A model generated the notes under the pieces. The model was not told the origin of the DNA and did not search any database. It saw only the letters and a list, made by a program, of their open reading frames with translations. Positions 1 through 12,289 of a DNA stretch of 64,000 nt are shown here, one piece after another. Source of the stretch: Octopus vulgaris (Eukaryota); NCBI GenBank assembly GCA_951406725.2, contig OX597827.1, positions 16,492,001 to 16,556,000 on the forward strand, in the 5' to 3' direction. Positions within the stretch are counted from its first letter, which is position 1. Every line of letters begins with the position of its first letter. Both the position numbers and the translations under genes were made by a program.

Positions 1-412
1 TACAAAGTAGATTGTCTCGACCTGGTTTCGAACCTTGTAAAGATTTTATCTTCTGATGCTATGTACTCATCACGTGTGGGGAGAGAAAGAGAGAGAGAGA
101 GAGAGAGAAGGGGAGAGAGAGAGAAGGGGAGAGAGAGGGAGAGAGAAAGAGCGGTCTGGCGGTCCTATTAAGTAGGTTGAGGAACTGCTTAGAATCTTCT
201 TACTGGGTCATCAAGAGATTTATTTATTTCAGGTGTATGCGCCCCAACATGCACAGGTGCACACACACACACACCTCACACACGCACACACGCGCAGATA
301 CAAACACGCACTCTCTCTCTCTCTCTCTCGCGCGCGCACACAGACAAACACGCTCTCGCGCACACGCAAGCAAACAAACAAGTTCTGAGGAGAATATAAA
401 GTTCTTGAAAAG

Positions 413-569
413 GGGAGCACCACCTTTTGGAGTTTAGTCGATTTTATGGACACCAGTATTTTTTTCTTTCGTTTTAAAACCTGTTACTCATTCTATCAGA
501 CGCTTTTGTCGAACTGCTAAGTTGCGGTGATCTAAATAAACCAACACACACATTCTATCTATCTATCTC

Positions 570-616
<47 letters not shown>

Positions 617-663
617 GTCCGTCTGTCTGTCTGTCTGTCTACCTGGTTGTCTGTCTACCTGGT

Positions 664-744
<81 letters not shown>

Positions 745-941
745 GTCTGTCTGTCTACTTGGTTGTCTGTCTCTCTACACGACGGGCTTCATTCAGTTTC
801 TGCCTACCAAATCCTCTCACAAGACATTAGTCGGCCCGGGATTATTGTAGAAGAAAATTTGTTCAAGGTGCCACGCACTGTGACTGAACCCGGAACCATG
901 TGGTTAGGAAACAAGCGTCTTACCACATAGCCACATCTGCA
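413..941 (-). mobile_element. tRNA-derived SINE, group C (degenerate), with internal (TCTA)/(TCTG) microsatellite
   Basis: Reverse complement matches the 2122 and 49243 copies: tRNA-like head (tggctatgtggtaag...ccgggttcagtc) and the same body and tail, with a microsatellite at 553-775 in the usual internal slot. Confidence 0.8.
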
Positions 942-1252
942 TTTTTTGTGGAAAAGAACAAATTCAAAATGCTTCATCATACACTCATGTTCCATCCATA
1001 AATATATTTGCATTAGAATGATAATTTAAGTTAAAAAAAAACAAAATAAAAACAAAACAAAACAAGATAATAATTTAAGTTTAAAAAACACAAAAAAAGC
1101 AAGATAGTGTTATACACCGGTGTATGCGGTATGTAAAACAACATAAATTAAACATGATGGAATTTGAACTTACAACTTATGAATAGATAACAGTCGAATA
1201 ATTTTCGACTGCCAACCAGTGTGTTCCTATGAGAAAGAGTGAGGTACATAGT

Positions 1253-1335
<83 letters not shown>

Positions 1336-1736
1336 ATAGAGAGAGGGAGAGAGAGAGAGGAATGAAAAGGGAAGAAACCACAGTGATATAGTTATAAAAA
1401 AAATAGTCAACAACAACATTTTCCTCCATTGATTAAATTCAGACTTCGCCTTCTCGTTGTAATGGCGACAATTTTCCTAGTCACTATCTTGAAAAACCAA
1501 CACACAGGACATTTTACGTTTCACAAAATACGATGATTAATCAAATTTTCTTTTCTTCATAATCTTTTTTTTTCTTTTATTTTCAAAAGGAAGAAAGAAA
1601 AAAAGGTTTTGAGAAGAAAAGAAACGGAAGAGAATAAAAAATTTATTTTTTTTGTCTTCGAGTTTTTGCTTTTTGGTTAAAAACACGTCTTTTCCTTGTT
1701 ATCGTCGTTGTTGTTCTTGCACTTCTTGCCTTTGTT

Positions 1737-1738
<2 letters not shown>

Positions 1739-1785
<47 letters not shown>

Positions 1786-1829
1786 CGCTACAGCTGCTGC
1801 TGCTACTACTACCGCTACTGCTGCTGCTG

Positions 1830-1860
<31 letters not shown>

Positions 1861-1932
1861 AACTACTACTACTACTACTACTTCTACTACTACTACTACT
1901 GCTACGGTTACTGCTACTGCAGCTGCTGCTGC
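1739..1932. repeat. (TAC)n/(TGC)n compound microsatellite
   Basis: Direct reading; source of the poly-S/T/Y ORFs. Confidence 0.95.
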
Positions 1933-1976
1933 TTTGGTTTTCATGTTGAAATATTGATGCGAACCCACCTAAATAA

Positions 1977-2032
<56 letters not shown>

Positions 2033-2063
2033 ATATATATATGTATATATGTGTGTGTGTGTG

Positions 2064-2108
<45 letters not shown>

Positions 2109-2121
2109 GTAGATATACATA

Positions 2122-2265
2122 AGCGCAGGAGTGGCTGTGTGGAAAGTAGCTTGCTTACCAACCACATGGTTCCGAGTTCAGTCCCAGTGCGTTGCACCTT
2201 GGGCAAGTGTCTTCTACTATAGCTTGTGAGTGGATTTGGTAAAAGGAAACTGAAAGAAGCCCTTC

Positions 2266-2307
<42 letters not shown>

Positions 2308-2425
2308 GTGTTTGTGCATAGAGTAAGTACTAGGCTTACAAAGAATAAGTGCTGGCGCCGATTTGCTCGACTAAAGGCTGTGCTCCAGCATGGCCGCAGT
2401 CAAATGACTGAAACAAGCAAGAGAG
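2122..2425 (+). mobile_element. tRNA-derived SINE, group C (internally deleted)
   Basis: Head gcgcaggagtggctgtgtgg...ccgagttcagtccc (A/B-box-like), internal (TA)n at 2268-2304, tail ...ctccagcatggccgcagtcaaatgactgaaacaag. Confidence 0.85.
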
Positions 2426-2444
2426 TATAAGGGAGAGTATGATG

Positions 2445-3024
2445 TCAATGGTGATGTAGCTGTTGGTGATGGTGAAAATGATAATTATTGAGACGCTGCT
2501 TGTGTCTGATGATGATGGTGATGGTGATGATGGTCGTAGTGATAGCGATGATGATGATGATGATAATGATGACGATGTGTATGATGATGATGATGACAGT
2601 GATGATGGAGATCACGATAATGTTGTTCATATCATATTGATAATGGCGGGTGTTGACGATGATTCTGGTACAACGATAAAGATGGTTATGGAATAATGGT
2701 GATTTCGTTGATTAAACCCTATAATAATTGTTGGGCCGTTCATTGTTGTCAGCGATGATGAAGATGGTGGTAGTGGTGGTGGTGGTGGTGGTGGTGATGG
2801 TGGTGGTGGTGGTGATGATGATGATGATAACGACGAGTAAAACAATTACGACGACGACGACAATGACGACGAGGCTGATAAGGATGACGATGACAAAGGC
2901 TATCTTGATGATGACGATGATGATATTGATAACAATTACAATTATAATGATAACGACGATGATAATGATGAGATAGCTGTTGATGATGATGATGATGATG
3001 ATGATAATAATAATAATAATGATG

Positions 3025-3085
<61 letters not shown>

Positions 3086-3191
3086 CAACAACAGCAACAA
3101 CAATAATAATAATGATAATAATAATAATAATAATAACAACAACAACAATAACAATAATAACAATAATGATGATAATAATAACAACAACAAC

Positions 3192-3229
<38 letters not shown>

Positions 3230-3315
3230 CGTGATCTTCCAACCTGTTGTCTCTTGAGGTCTCTGGGTGAGACTAGGAGCCAACTTGTACAAATATAAAG
3301 CAAAAGTCAAACATA

Positions 3316-3405
<90 letters not shown>

Positions 3406-3510
3406 TGATAATAATAATAATAATGATAATAATAATGACGATGATAACGATGAGGACAATGATGATAAAGAGGATAATATCGATGATGGTAATGATGCTG
3501 ACAATCATTT
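2445..3510. repeat. Compound (GAT)/(GGT)/(AAT)/(AAC) trinucleotide microsatellite field
   Basis: Direct reading; explains the poly-I/M/D/L ORFs. Confidence 0.95.
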
Positions 3511-3913
3511 TCCTATGAGAAGACAATTCTAATTACGCCGCAAAATAATCTTTTGAAAGAATACCCACAGATAGATAGATTGGCAGATAGATAGATAGAT
3601 AGATGAAGCGATAGACAGATATTTAGATGGAGAGTAAGGGAGCGAGTGGGTGAGAGAGATAGAGAGAGAAAGAGAAAGAGAGGGGGAGAGAGAGGAAAAA
3701 GAGAGAAGTTCTATATTTATCAGCAGTGGGGGGTAGATGTGAAAATAAGTACGTGACGATAATCACGGGAAAAACCTTACAATGAACCAGCTTAATTAAT
3801 TCCTCTATTAGCCTAAGCTGCTTCTGCGTTCTAAAACATTTGAAGAGATCACGTGACTAGAACAGCATCTTTAGGCAGAAGGGAGAAGGAAGAATCTAAT
3901 TAGTACTGTATTC

Positions 3914-4366
3914 GGATCTTTTCGGTTTGAACGGCAGTTTCTTTCTAGCGGTGTCATATGAAATTGTCACCCATAATTATGACCCTAGTATCGATCTATT
4001 GTATTTCAATCTGTTTTTGGGTTAGGGTTAGTTAGAGTTAGTTAGGGTTAGGGGTGGGGGGAAGGGTATCTTTTTTGCTTCCCAAATGTAAATAAACCCA
4101 ATCTGTTTCTTAAACGAGGGACATATTCATACGGCACAGAATGTTTTTTTTACCTTAATGGCCGTCATTGATTGGTTGAAATTGCAGAAATTGAAGAAAA
4201 AAAAAACAAGCAACAAATATCTTACAAACTATAGAATTTTCTCAATAAAGCCAAGAGAAAAAGATGTTTTATAAACACATTCTACCAGTATACGAAGTTT
4301 AAAAGTGTTTAGTTACGTGGAAATTATATAAAAAAAAAAAAACTGCCGTTCAAACCGAAAAGACCC
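3914..4366 (+). mobile_element. Telomere-repeat-bearing MITE (Merlin-like), copy 1
   Basis: TIRs ggatcttttcggtttgaacggcagttt / aaactgccgttcaaaccgaaaagaccc; 8-bp TSD ctgtattc (3906-3913, 4367-4374); TTAGGG-like tract ~4017-4066. Confidence 0.92.
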
Positions 4367-4724
4367 CTGTATTCTTCTAAACCCTTAAAGACAAAGAACA
4401 GTCCTACCTAACACGAACGTTAACTTTCAGAACATAAAGTGGCGGTACAAAGTTATCTACTGCCCTTCCGATTCTGACACTTCTAGCAAGATCCTGGTCT
4501 TTAAATTTACTACTTCTCCTTCGCTGGCAATAATTTAGGCTTAATCATCTGCAGACAATCCTTTCACTGAGGTTTACATCTCATAAATACACAGAAACGG
4601 AATGTTGTTTATTATCATTAATACTTCTTTGTTTTTTTTACTTCCTTCCGCTGCTAGAAAAGGAAATATTAAGACTCAGAGAGGTCGATTGTTCTGTACG
4701 TACTGACGGTAGTATCTGAAATTA

Positions 4725-5506
4725 TGCGTACATGTGCGTACATGTGCGTGTACATACATACATGCATACATACATACATACATACATACATACATACATA
4801 CATACATACATACATACATACATACATACATACATACATACATACATACCTACATATATACATACCTACATACATACATACATGCATACATACATACATA
4901 CTTACATACATACATACATACATACATACTTACATACATACATACATACATACTTACATACATACATGCATACATACATACATGCATACATACATACATG
5001 CATACATACATACATACATACATACATGCATACATACATACATACATACACACACACATACATACATACATACATACTTACATACAAATATACATACTTA
5101 CATCCATACATACATACATACAAACATACATACATATATACATACTTACATCCATACATACATACTTACATACATACATACATACATACATACAAACATA
5201 CTTACATACATACATACATGCATACATATATACATACTTACATCCATACATACATACTTACATACATACATACATACATACATGCATACATACATGCATA
5301 CATACATACATACATACATACATAATACATACATACACACACACACACATACATACATACATACATACTTACATACAAATATACATACTTACATCCATAC
5401 ATACATACATACAAACATACATACATATATACATACATACATACATACATACATACATACTTACATCCATACATACATACTTACATACATACATACATAC
5501 ATACAT
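4725..5506. repeat. (CATA)n tetranucleotide array with variant units
   Basis: Direct reading; explains the (YIHT)n ORFs. Confidence 0.95.
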
Positions 5507-5586
5507 ATTTCTTATTAATTTATAAGTGGGTACTTACCATCACCAGCCTTGTTTCGTCTTCTGCCTGAAGAAGTGCATGTGTGTAT

Positions 5587-5652
<66 letters not shown>

Positions 5653-5676
5653 ATATATAAATAAATAAATATATAA

Positions 5677-5713
<37 letters not shown>

Positions 5714-5807
5714 ATATAATAAATAAATAAAGTATATGCATATATACATACATATATGTACATACTTACATCTACATGTATATATACATGCATATATATA
5801 TATATAG

Positions 5808-6000
5808 GAGTACAGGACACCGCAAATAAATGTAGAACACAACGAGAGACGAAAACATAAAATCAAACAAGGAAACGGACTTTTTTTAAACAACGAAAAA
5901 ACAGAGTACAGGACAAACAATACAAGGAAAATTCCCCTTCATCAGCTGCCCCTGGTTCGACTCAATGCGTGTTTCGAAGGTAAGGACAGAACACGGCCTA
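5808..6000 (-). mobile_element. Short (TA)n-embedded repeat fragment, probably a PLE terminal region
   Basis: Flanked by (TA)n; minus strand has cgaaac and ctgatgaagggg, but the hammerhead topology is not clearly intact. Confidence 0.35.
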
Positions 6001-6012
6001 TATATATATATG

Positions 6013-6170
6013 GTGTTCAAATGTACAGAAAACAAAAGACAGTGACAGGTGAGGGAACAATAGGCAGGTGTATTAGACACTCGGGAAAAATAGAAGACTC
6101 GAAACTTTGCTGTTTCGAGTCTACGCTTTTCGACAGGAAGGTATGAGAAAAAAATAAACAATGCGGGGAG
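6013..6170 (-). mobile_element. Divergent copy of PLE terminal repeat with hammerhead-like motif
   Basis: Minus strand ttcctgtcgaaaagcgtagactcgaaacag...ccgagtgtctaatacacctg aligns by eye with the 8445, 38592 and 41490 copies. Confidence 0.65.
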
Positions 6171-6181
6171 AGAGGGAGGGA

Positions 6182-6255
<74 letters not shown>

Positions 6256-6503
6256 ACGCATCTGGAATGATTGCTTCCACATGTTGAAATGACCGGAAGG
6301 AATAAGTCAGTAGAAGGGTAGATATGTATGTATATATGCACACACACACACACGCGCATTGGATTATAAGCAACCCTAACAAAGCAAACATTACCGATGT
6401 CACATAATGCAAGTATGTGTTTTGTTTATATATATATATATAATGTACCATATCATGAAGGTAAGATCAAAAACAAAGTTCTCCATGACTATATATATTA
6501 AAG

Positions 6504-6561
<58 letters not shown>

Positions 6562-6562
<1 letters not shown>

Positions 6563-6700
6563 CAACAGGCTTCTTTCAGTTTCCGTCTATCAAATTCACT
6601 CACAAAGCTATAGTAGAAGACACTTACCCATGGTGCCACGCAGTGGGACTGAACCCGGAACCATGTGGTTGGTAAGCAAGCTACTTACCACACAGCCACT

Positions 6701-6703
<3 letters not shown>
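6562..6703 (-). mobile_element. SINE group C, 5' part
   Basis: Matches the head and body of the 49243 copy; flanked by (TA)n. Confidence 0.85.
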
Positions 6704-6793
<90 letters not shown>

Positions 6794-6797
<4 letters not shown>

Positions 6798-7217
6798 ATA
6801 CTAAGTAATTAAGGGTTCAGCAATGATTTCCCTCACCACACACCGAATTTAGAAATAGCAGTCAAAAAGTTTTGGCTATTCTTTCTACTTAAAAGGGAGA
6901 TCCCAGTAAAACCAAAGCACTTAAAAAACAAACGACGCAGGCAAAAGAGAAAGAAATGACGAAAATCATTCTATATTAAGTTACCTACGGACGCACGTTT
7001 CAGAATTAAGTCATTGCAGGGCATAAAAATTAAATAATTATGTCTTATCTGACTATTTTCCTCCTCAGTGTAGGACTCTTCAATTATATATAATTGCGTC
7101 TCAATTATTAATAATTGTGTATTAAATTTGAAGGCACTAGAAGACATTACCTCAACTCATTTTTATGCTCTGCAATGACTTAATTCCGAAACGTGCGTCC
7201 GTAGGTAACTTAATTAT

Positions 7218-7218
<1 letters not shown>
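6794..7218 (-). mobile_element. PLE-like fragment with internal ~56-bp inverted duplication, inserted in (TA)n
   Basis: 6975-7030 and 7159-7214 are reverse complements; contains a hammerhead motif; (TA)n on both sides. Confidence 0.6.
6984..7074 (-). ncRNA. Type I hammerhead ribozyme motif with long stem II insertion
   Basis: Minus strand: cctac-a-CTGAGGA-ggaa...ttct-GAAAC-gtgc-GTC-c-gtagg; stem I cctac/gtagg, canonical core, GUC cleavage triplet. Confidence 0.65.
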
Positions 7219-7255
<37 letters not shown>

Positions 7256-7501
7256 TATATACAGTCGTGGAGCCGCAGTAATTGCTATAACTTTCTCTCT
7301 TAGAGAAACTTCTGAAAGAAACTTGCACGTTAAAAAATAAGGGCTCGGTCAGCATGGCGTCGGTGGATCAATATCATTTGGCCTTTTCCCTGACTCAGTT
7401 CTTCTGACATAAAATATTATAATGCTATAATTTAGTGTATATATTATAAATGTTTTACATATCGCTATTGTCATCTAATACTGTGCTGCTCAAAATATAC
7501 A

Positions 7502-7544
<43 letters not shown>

Positions 7545-7546
<2 letters not shown>

Positions 7547-7927
7547 CCGGGCTCAGCTGACTCCGGCTGACAGTACTCGGTATGGGCCTCTATCCAGGGT
7601 TACGGAAAGGAAACAACCTTCAAAGAAATCCGGAGTGGAGCCCCGAAGGCGGTTTAGTGTTCGACTCGACGCTCTTCCGGCAGCTCCTGCAACCAAGCTG
7701 GTGTCAAACGTAATGCTCTGCACTCCTTTGGACTACATCAGCAAGGTCGAGAGAGGAAACCTGACGATTGGGCTACCCAGGACTTTCTTATCTCTAGCCC
7801 AGGCCTGCGCAAGATAGGACTACACAGCCACAGCAGGAAATGTATCAGGACATGAAATGTAAAAGCCGGACTAGACTATTTTATGCGCAACTCCATTGTC
7901 TCCCGAGACAAAAAGGATGCCAACAAC
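7545..7927 (+). mobile_element. GC-richer interspersed repeat fragment, possibly RTE-related 5' region or SINE
   Basis: Composition contrasts with flanks, bounded by (TA)n, ends ...ggatgccaacaac; family assignment is from memory only. Confidence 0.35.
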
Positions 7928-7947
7928 ATATATATATATATATATGT

Positions 7948-8180
7948 AAAAGAGGGAGGCAACAGGTTGCTTAGCCGCATACCGAAAAGATTAGAAATAG
8001 CAGCCGGAGACTGTTTATTTCTATTTTCTACAAATGAGACTCCACATACGACAGATCCCTGTAATTCACATATGCAAAACAGAAGGAAGAAATAACGAAA
8101 ACAAAGTCTAACGGTCATTTACGAACGCGTTTCTGGATTTTCGGTATGCGGCTAAGCAACGTGTTGCCTGCCTCTTTTAT
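7948..8180. mobile_element. (TA)n-embedded element with ~40-bp terminal inverted repeats
   Basis: aaaagagggaggcaacaggttgcttagccgcataccgaaaa (7948-7988) vs ttttcggtatgcggctaagcaacgtgttgcctgcctctttt (8138-8178). Confidence 0.7.
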
Positions 8181-8308
8181 TTATATACAATATATATATA
8201 TACTGAACTTTATAGAAGTTCATACCGTTAATGGTTATATTTACATGCCGAAATCTACCAGTAAATAATTGTTGGTTTTTTTAAAAGCCATTAAAGATAT
8301 TATTGACT

Positions 8309-8387
<79 letters not shown>

Positions 8388-8444
8388 TTTAAATAAACAT
8401 CTTTTAAATAAACATCTTTTAAATTGCATTTTCAATCCTTCTTT

Positions 8445-8643
8445 CGTTAGCTTCTGCACGCATTTTTTTTCTCTCCTTGTTTCTTTCCGTGTTTCTTTTC
8501 TGTGTATCTTTCTGTTGAAGAGCGTAGGCCCGAAACGTAAAAGACTTGTTTTATTTATATTCCTGAGCGCCATACTAATACAATTGTTTGTTTGTATTCC
8601 ACCTGCCCTCGTCGTTTGTTTATTTTCATAAAGCTTCCCGTTA
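8445..8643 (+). mobile_element. PLE terminal repeat (~190 bp) with minimal hammerhead-like motif at 8507-8545
   Basis: tcttt-CTGTTGA-a-gagcgtaggccc-GAAACGTA-aaaga; same repeat is attached to the GIY-YIG fragment at 41490-42640; 3' end abuts TA-rich repeat. Confidence 0.75.
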
Positions 8644-8656
8644 TACATACATACAT

Positions 8657-8726
<70 letters not shown>

Positions 8727-9243
8727 GTATGTATGCATGTGTGCATATGTGTGAGCTCGTGTGTGTTTGTGTATGATGAAATCAAAGTGATATTCTCAGC
8801 AATTTTGAAACAGCATTTGGAGGGGAGTTACGGTAGAATGATGGCGGTGTTGCGAAAGGCAGTGACAGCGTTTCAGTGTTGCTCAAATGCAGCTTCACTT
8901 GAAAAGGTGAAAGCGAAGCGAAACAACGCTTACGTCTAAATATGGAAACGTAAGATTCACTTGAAATGAATATGGATTTGAAAACAAAAACGCAAAAACA
9001 TAAAGAAACAAAAGCAGCAATGAAATAAGAAAGAGCAAAAAAGCTAAAACAAAACAACCAAACAAATGTTGCACGATTGAAATTGACACTCGAAATACTC
9101 TGAAAGCAAAGCGGTAAACATTTGTATATCGTTTGGAGATTTTTTTTTAGAGATCAGAAGTATCCATCACTTTGTGAGATCGGAGTCATTTTAACCGTAA
9201 GATTACTTCACTAGAAGAAAAGAAATTGTAACTTTCACGATAT

Positions 9244-9441
<198 letters not shown>

Positions 9442-9635
9442 AGGCGAGCTGGCAGAATCATTTGCATGCCGGGCGAAATGCTTAGCGGTATTTTGTCCGT
9501 CTTTACGTTCTGATTTCAAATTCCACCGACGCCAACTTTATCTTTCATCCTCGGGGTCCATAAAATAAGTACCAGTTAATCCTCTCACCTGCTCCTCTTA
9601 AAACTGCTGGCCTCAATGCCAAAATTAGAAAGAAT
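9442..9635 (+). mobile_element. tRNA-derived SINE, group B (degenerate monomer)
   Basis: Head aggcgagctggcagaatc..., central tttcatcctcggggtc...aataagtaccagt, (ATT) tail. Confidence 0.8.
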
Positions 9636-10036
9636 TATTATTATAATTACAATTACTATTGGAGTCAGCAATTCTCTGAATTGAGTTTATTTCAAGCATT
9701 AACAGACAGAAATCTCCTTCGTTCGGGCTCGGAAAAGTAAGGTGAAGCTGTGTTGAAGGTTCCCTCATTCAGTGATAAAGATGAGCCTCGCTTACTTATG
9801 ACATGCAAGCTTACGTGTTAACTATGAACTTGTAACCTTATCTTAATTAGCGGTCATTCGAATTAGCGCTTTTGTATAAGTAGCGGTCTATAACACAGTA
9901 ATTTCACTTTGTATAACGGTCTTTTTTCATAGCGTATTTCAGATGGCCAGATAACAGAAGAGATGGTGTTGTGGATTTCCACCTCGGCATCCGAAACTCA
10001 GAGTTTTATCTTGGCCACCGAATAATTGTCACATAT

Positions 10037-10077
<41 letters not shown>

Positions 10078-10078
<1 letters not shown>

Positions 10079-10377
10079 CTTTATATATAAAAGTGAGGTT
10101 GTGTGCTGTCTGTCTCCTACGATTTAGATTCCTAATTACTCCCACATTTTGCGGTGCAGTTTAACCAAAACCGGGTATATTATAGTCGTGATTAATATCG
10201 AGCCCTTCTGGGTATTAGCGCGCGTCTACGATGAGTCTACGATTTTAAAAATAATTTAACATCATTTCTTTTCCATTTTTAATGCATTCTTTTGCTATTT
10301 TTTCGCTAGAACTCTCTAAAAATGCCTATATAGTTATTTCCCTTCCAAACCCGAGCAACGCCGGGCGATACTGCTAG
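10078..10377 (+). mobile_element. Non-autonomous Helitron
   Basis: 5' TC (a|tctttatatataaaa), 3' CTAG|t, subterminal hairpin cccgagc-aac-gccggg at 10350-10365; inserted between A and T with no TSD. Confidence 0.8.
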
Positions 10378-11035
10378 TATATATATATAAATATAAAAAT
10401 ATAAAAATATACAAGATGTAAAGACACTGGAGAATCACTATATATATATATATTATATCCAGACTGATGTGTTATGTATCCCTAAGGCATGTAACAAGGC
10501 TCAGCTCATGTCTCCTACCTTTCTTGCTGGAATCATCCTTTTTCTCACACAAACTCTCTTTCATTCCCTTTTCGCCATGACTAACTTCATTTCATTGTGA
10601 TACTCATTTGCTGCTGTTTTAAAATTGTTTTCTTTTGTTTAATGACTGTCTCTGTTTACGTTTCTTCAATTCTAAAATGATATTTGATTGAAATTTTGCC
10701 CTCATTGCAAATATAATAACAATTAAACCGTGACAACACATTACGATTCGCTCGATTCTCTTATTTAACTCTATTATTCCACGTTTTTAATGTTTATTCT
10801 TGTTTTTCGTCAACAGTCAATCGTATCATCCAACAAATTTCATTAACTTCAAATTGTAAATAACCTCCTGTTCAATCAGGTTTAACCGAGTATTTGAATA
10901 TTTACGATGTAAATACTGCTGCACCATTTATAAACTTGTATAAAACCATTCTATTGTTTTAAAAATCTATTTCTGTATGACGAACGCTTACGTCGAGCTC
11001 GGAGTAAGAATTTGTGAAGTTTTTCAGCTTTAATG

Positions 11036-11078
<43 letters not shown>

Positions 11079-11252
11079 GTTGGTGACGTTTATGAAGTAA
11101 AACACTTACAAAAAATAAGAGAAACAGTCGCGCGACTGAGTTGGAGGTAGATTTACTTCTGCCTTTATAGCGCGTAAAGAAAACGTTGTTGTAGGAATGT
11201 ACGCAGCATGTGTACTGCAGCAGTTCTATGCGTAGATTTAATACTGAGACTG

Positions 11253-11333
<81 letters not shown>

Positions 11334-11459
11334 CTTTTATTAAACTTTTAATACTTTTGATATATATTTAAAATAATATAAATTAATTAATTTTATGTAT
11401 TGGCTTAGTTTTTCATTGTTTGATTTGCCTAATAGTGGTTTTATCTCTAATTTAATATA

Positions 11460-11515
<56 letters not shown>

Positions 11516-11669
11516 ATTTTATGCATAGTAATCAGTTTAACCTTCATAATTTCATTGAATTGGTTGCATATTTTGCCACAAAAGGAAAACATTACTACCG
11601 ATCTATTTTATTCAGGATAGGCACTGCCTACCTTGCCTACCCAGGCGGCACGTACCTGGTATATACACA

Positions 11670-11819
11670 CCCATGTATGTATGTATGTATATGTACATGC
11701 ATACATACATGTATGTATACATAAATACATACATACATACATGTATGTATACATAAATACATACATGCATGTATATATGTACGTATGTATATATGTATGT
11801 ATGTAAGTATGCATGTATG

Positions 11820-11850
<31 letters not shown>

Positions 11851-11865
11851 GTATGTACGTATGTA

Positions 11866-11896
<31 letters not shown>

Positions 11897-11920
11897 CATG
11901 TATGTATGTAAGTTTGCATG

Positions 11921-11951
<31 letters not shown>

Positions 11952-11969
11952 TGTATGTATGTATGCATG

Positions 11970-12010
<41 letters not shown>
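11670..12010. repeat. (TATG)n/(CATA)n array
   Basis: Direct reading. Confidence 0.95.
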
Positions 12011-12013
<3 letters not shown>

Positions 12014-12289
12014 AATATGCTTACACATACGCGTACGACTGTCCTGCATACAACCTCCGTCTAATAAATTCCATCCGCAATACATTTCCCTATGTATTGG
12101 ACAACCCGAGGCCACAGAAGAAAACGCCTTTCCAAGGTACCGTGCACCAGGATCGATCTTGGAATCACGTAGCTGCAAAACGAGGTTCTTAACCTTTCAT
12201 TCAGTAATGTATGCGTTATACGTTTGATTTTGCGATTCATTTTGTTTATTTTTTACGTGTTTGTTTTATTTTTGTAGCTTGTGTTATTA

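Noticed and set aside
1643-3526. Long ORFs rich in S, T, Y, I, L, D
   Set aside because: Translations of trinucleotide microsatellites open in several frames on both strands; no coding signal.
4017-4066. TTAGGG tracts as chromosome-fusion or true telomere remnants
   Set aside because: Always at a fixed position inside the TIR element with TSDs.
4669-5525. 260-aa (YIHT)n ORFs
   Set aside because: (CATA)n array lacks stop codons by composition.
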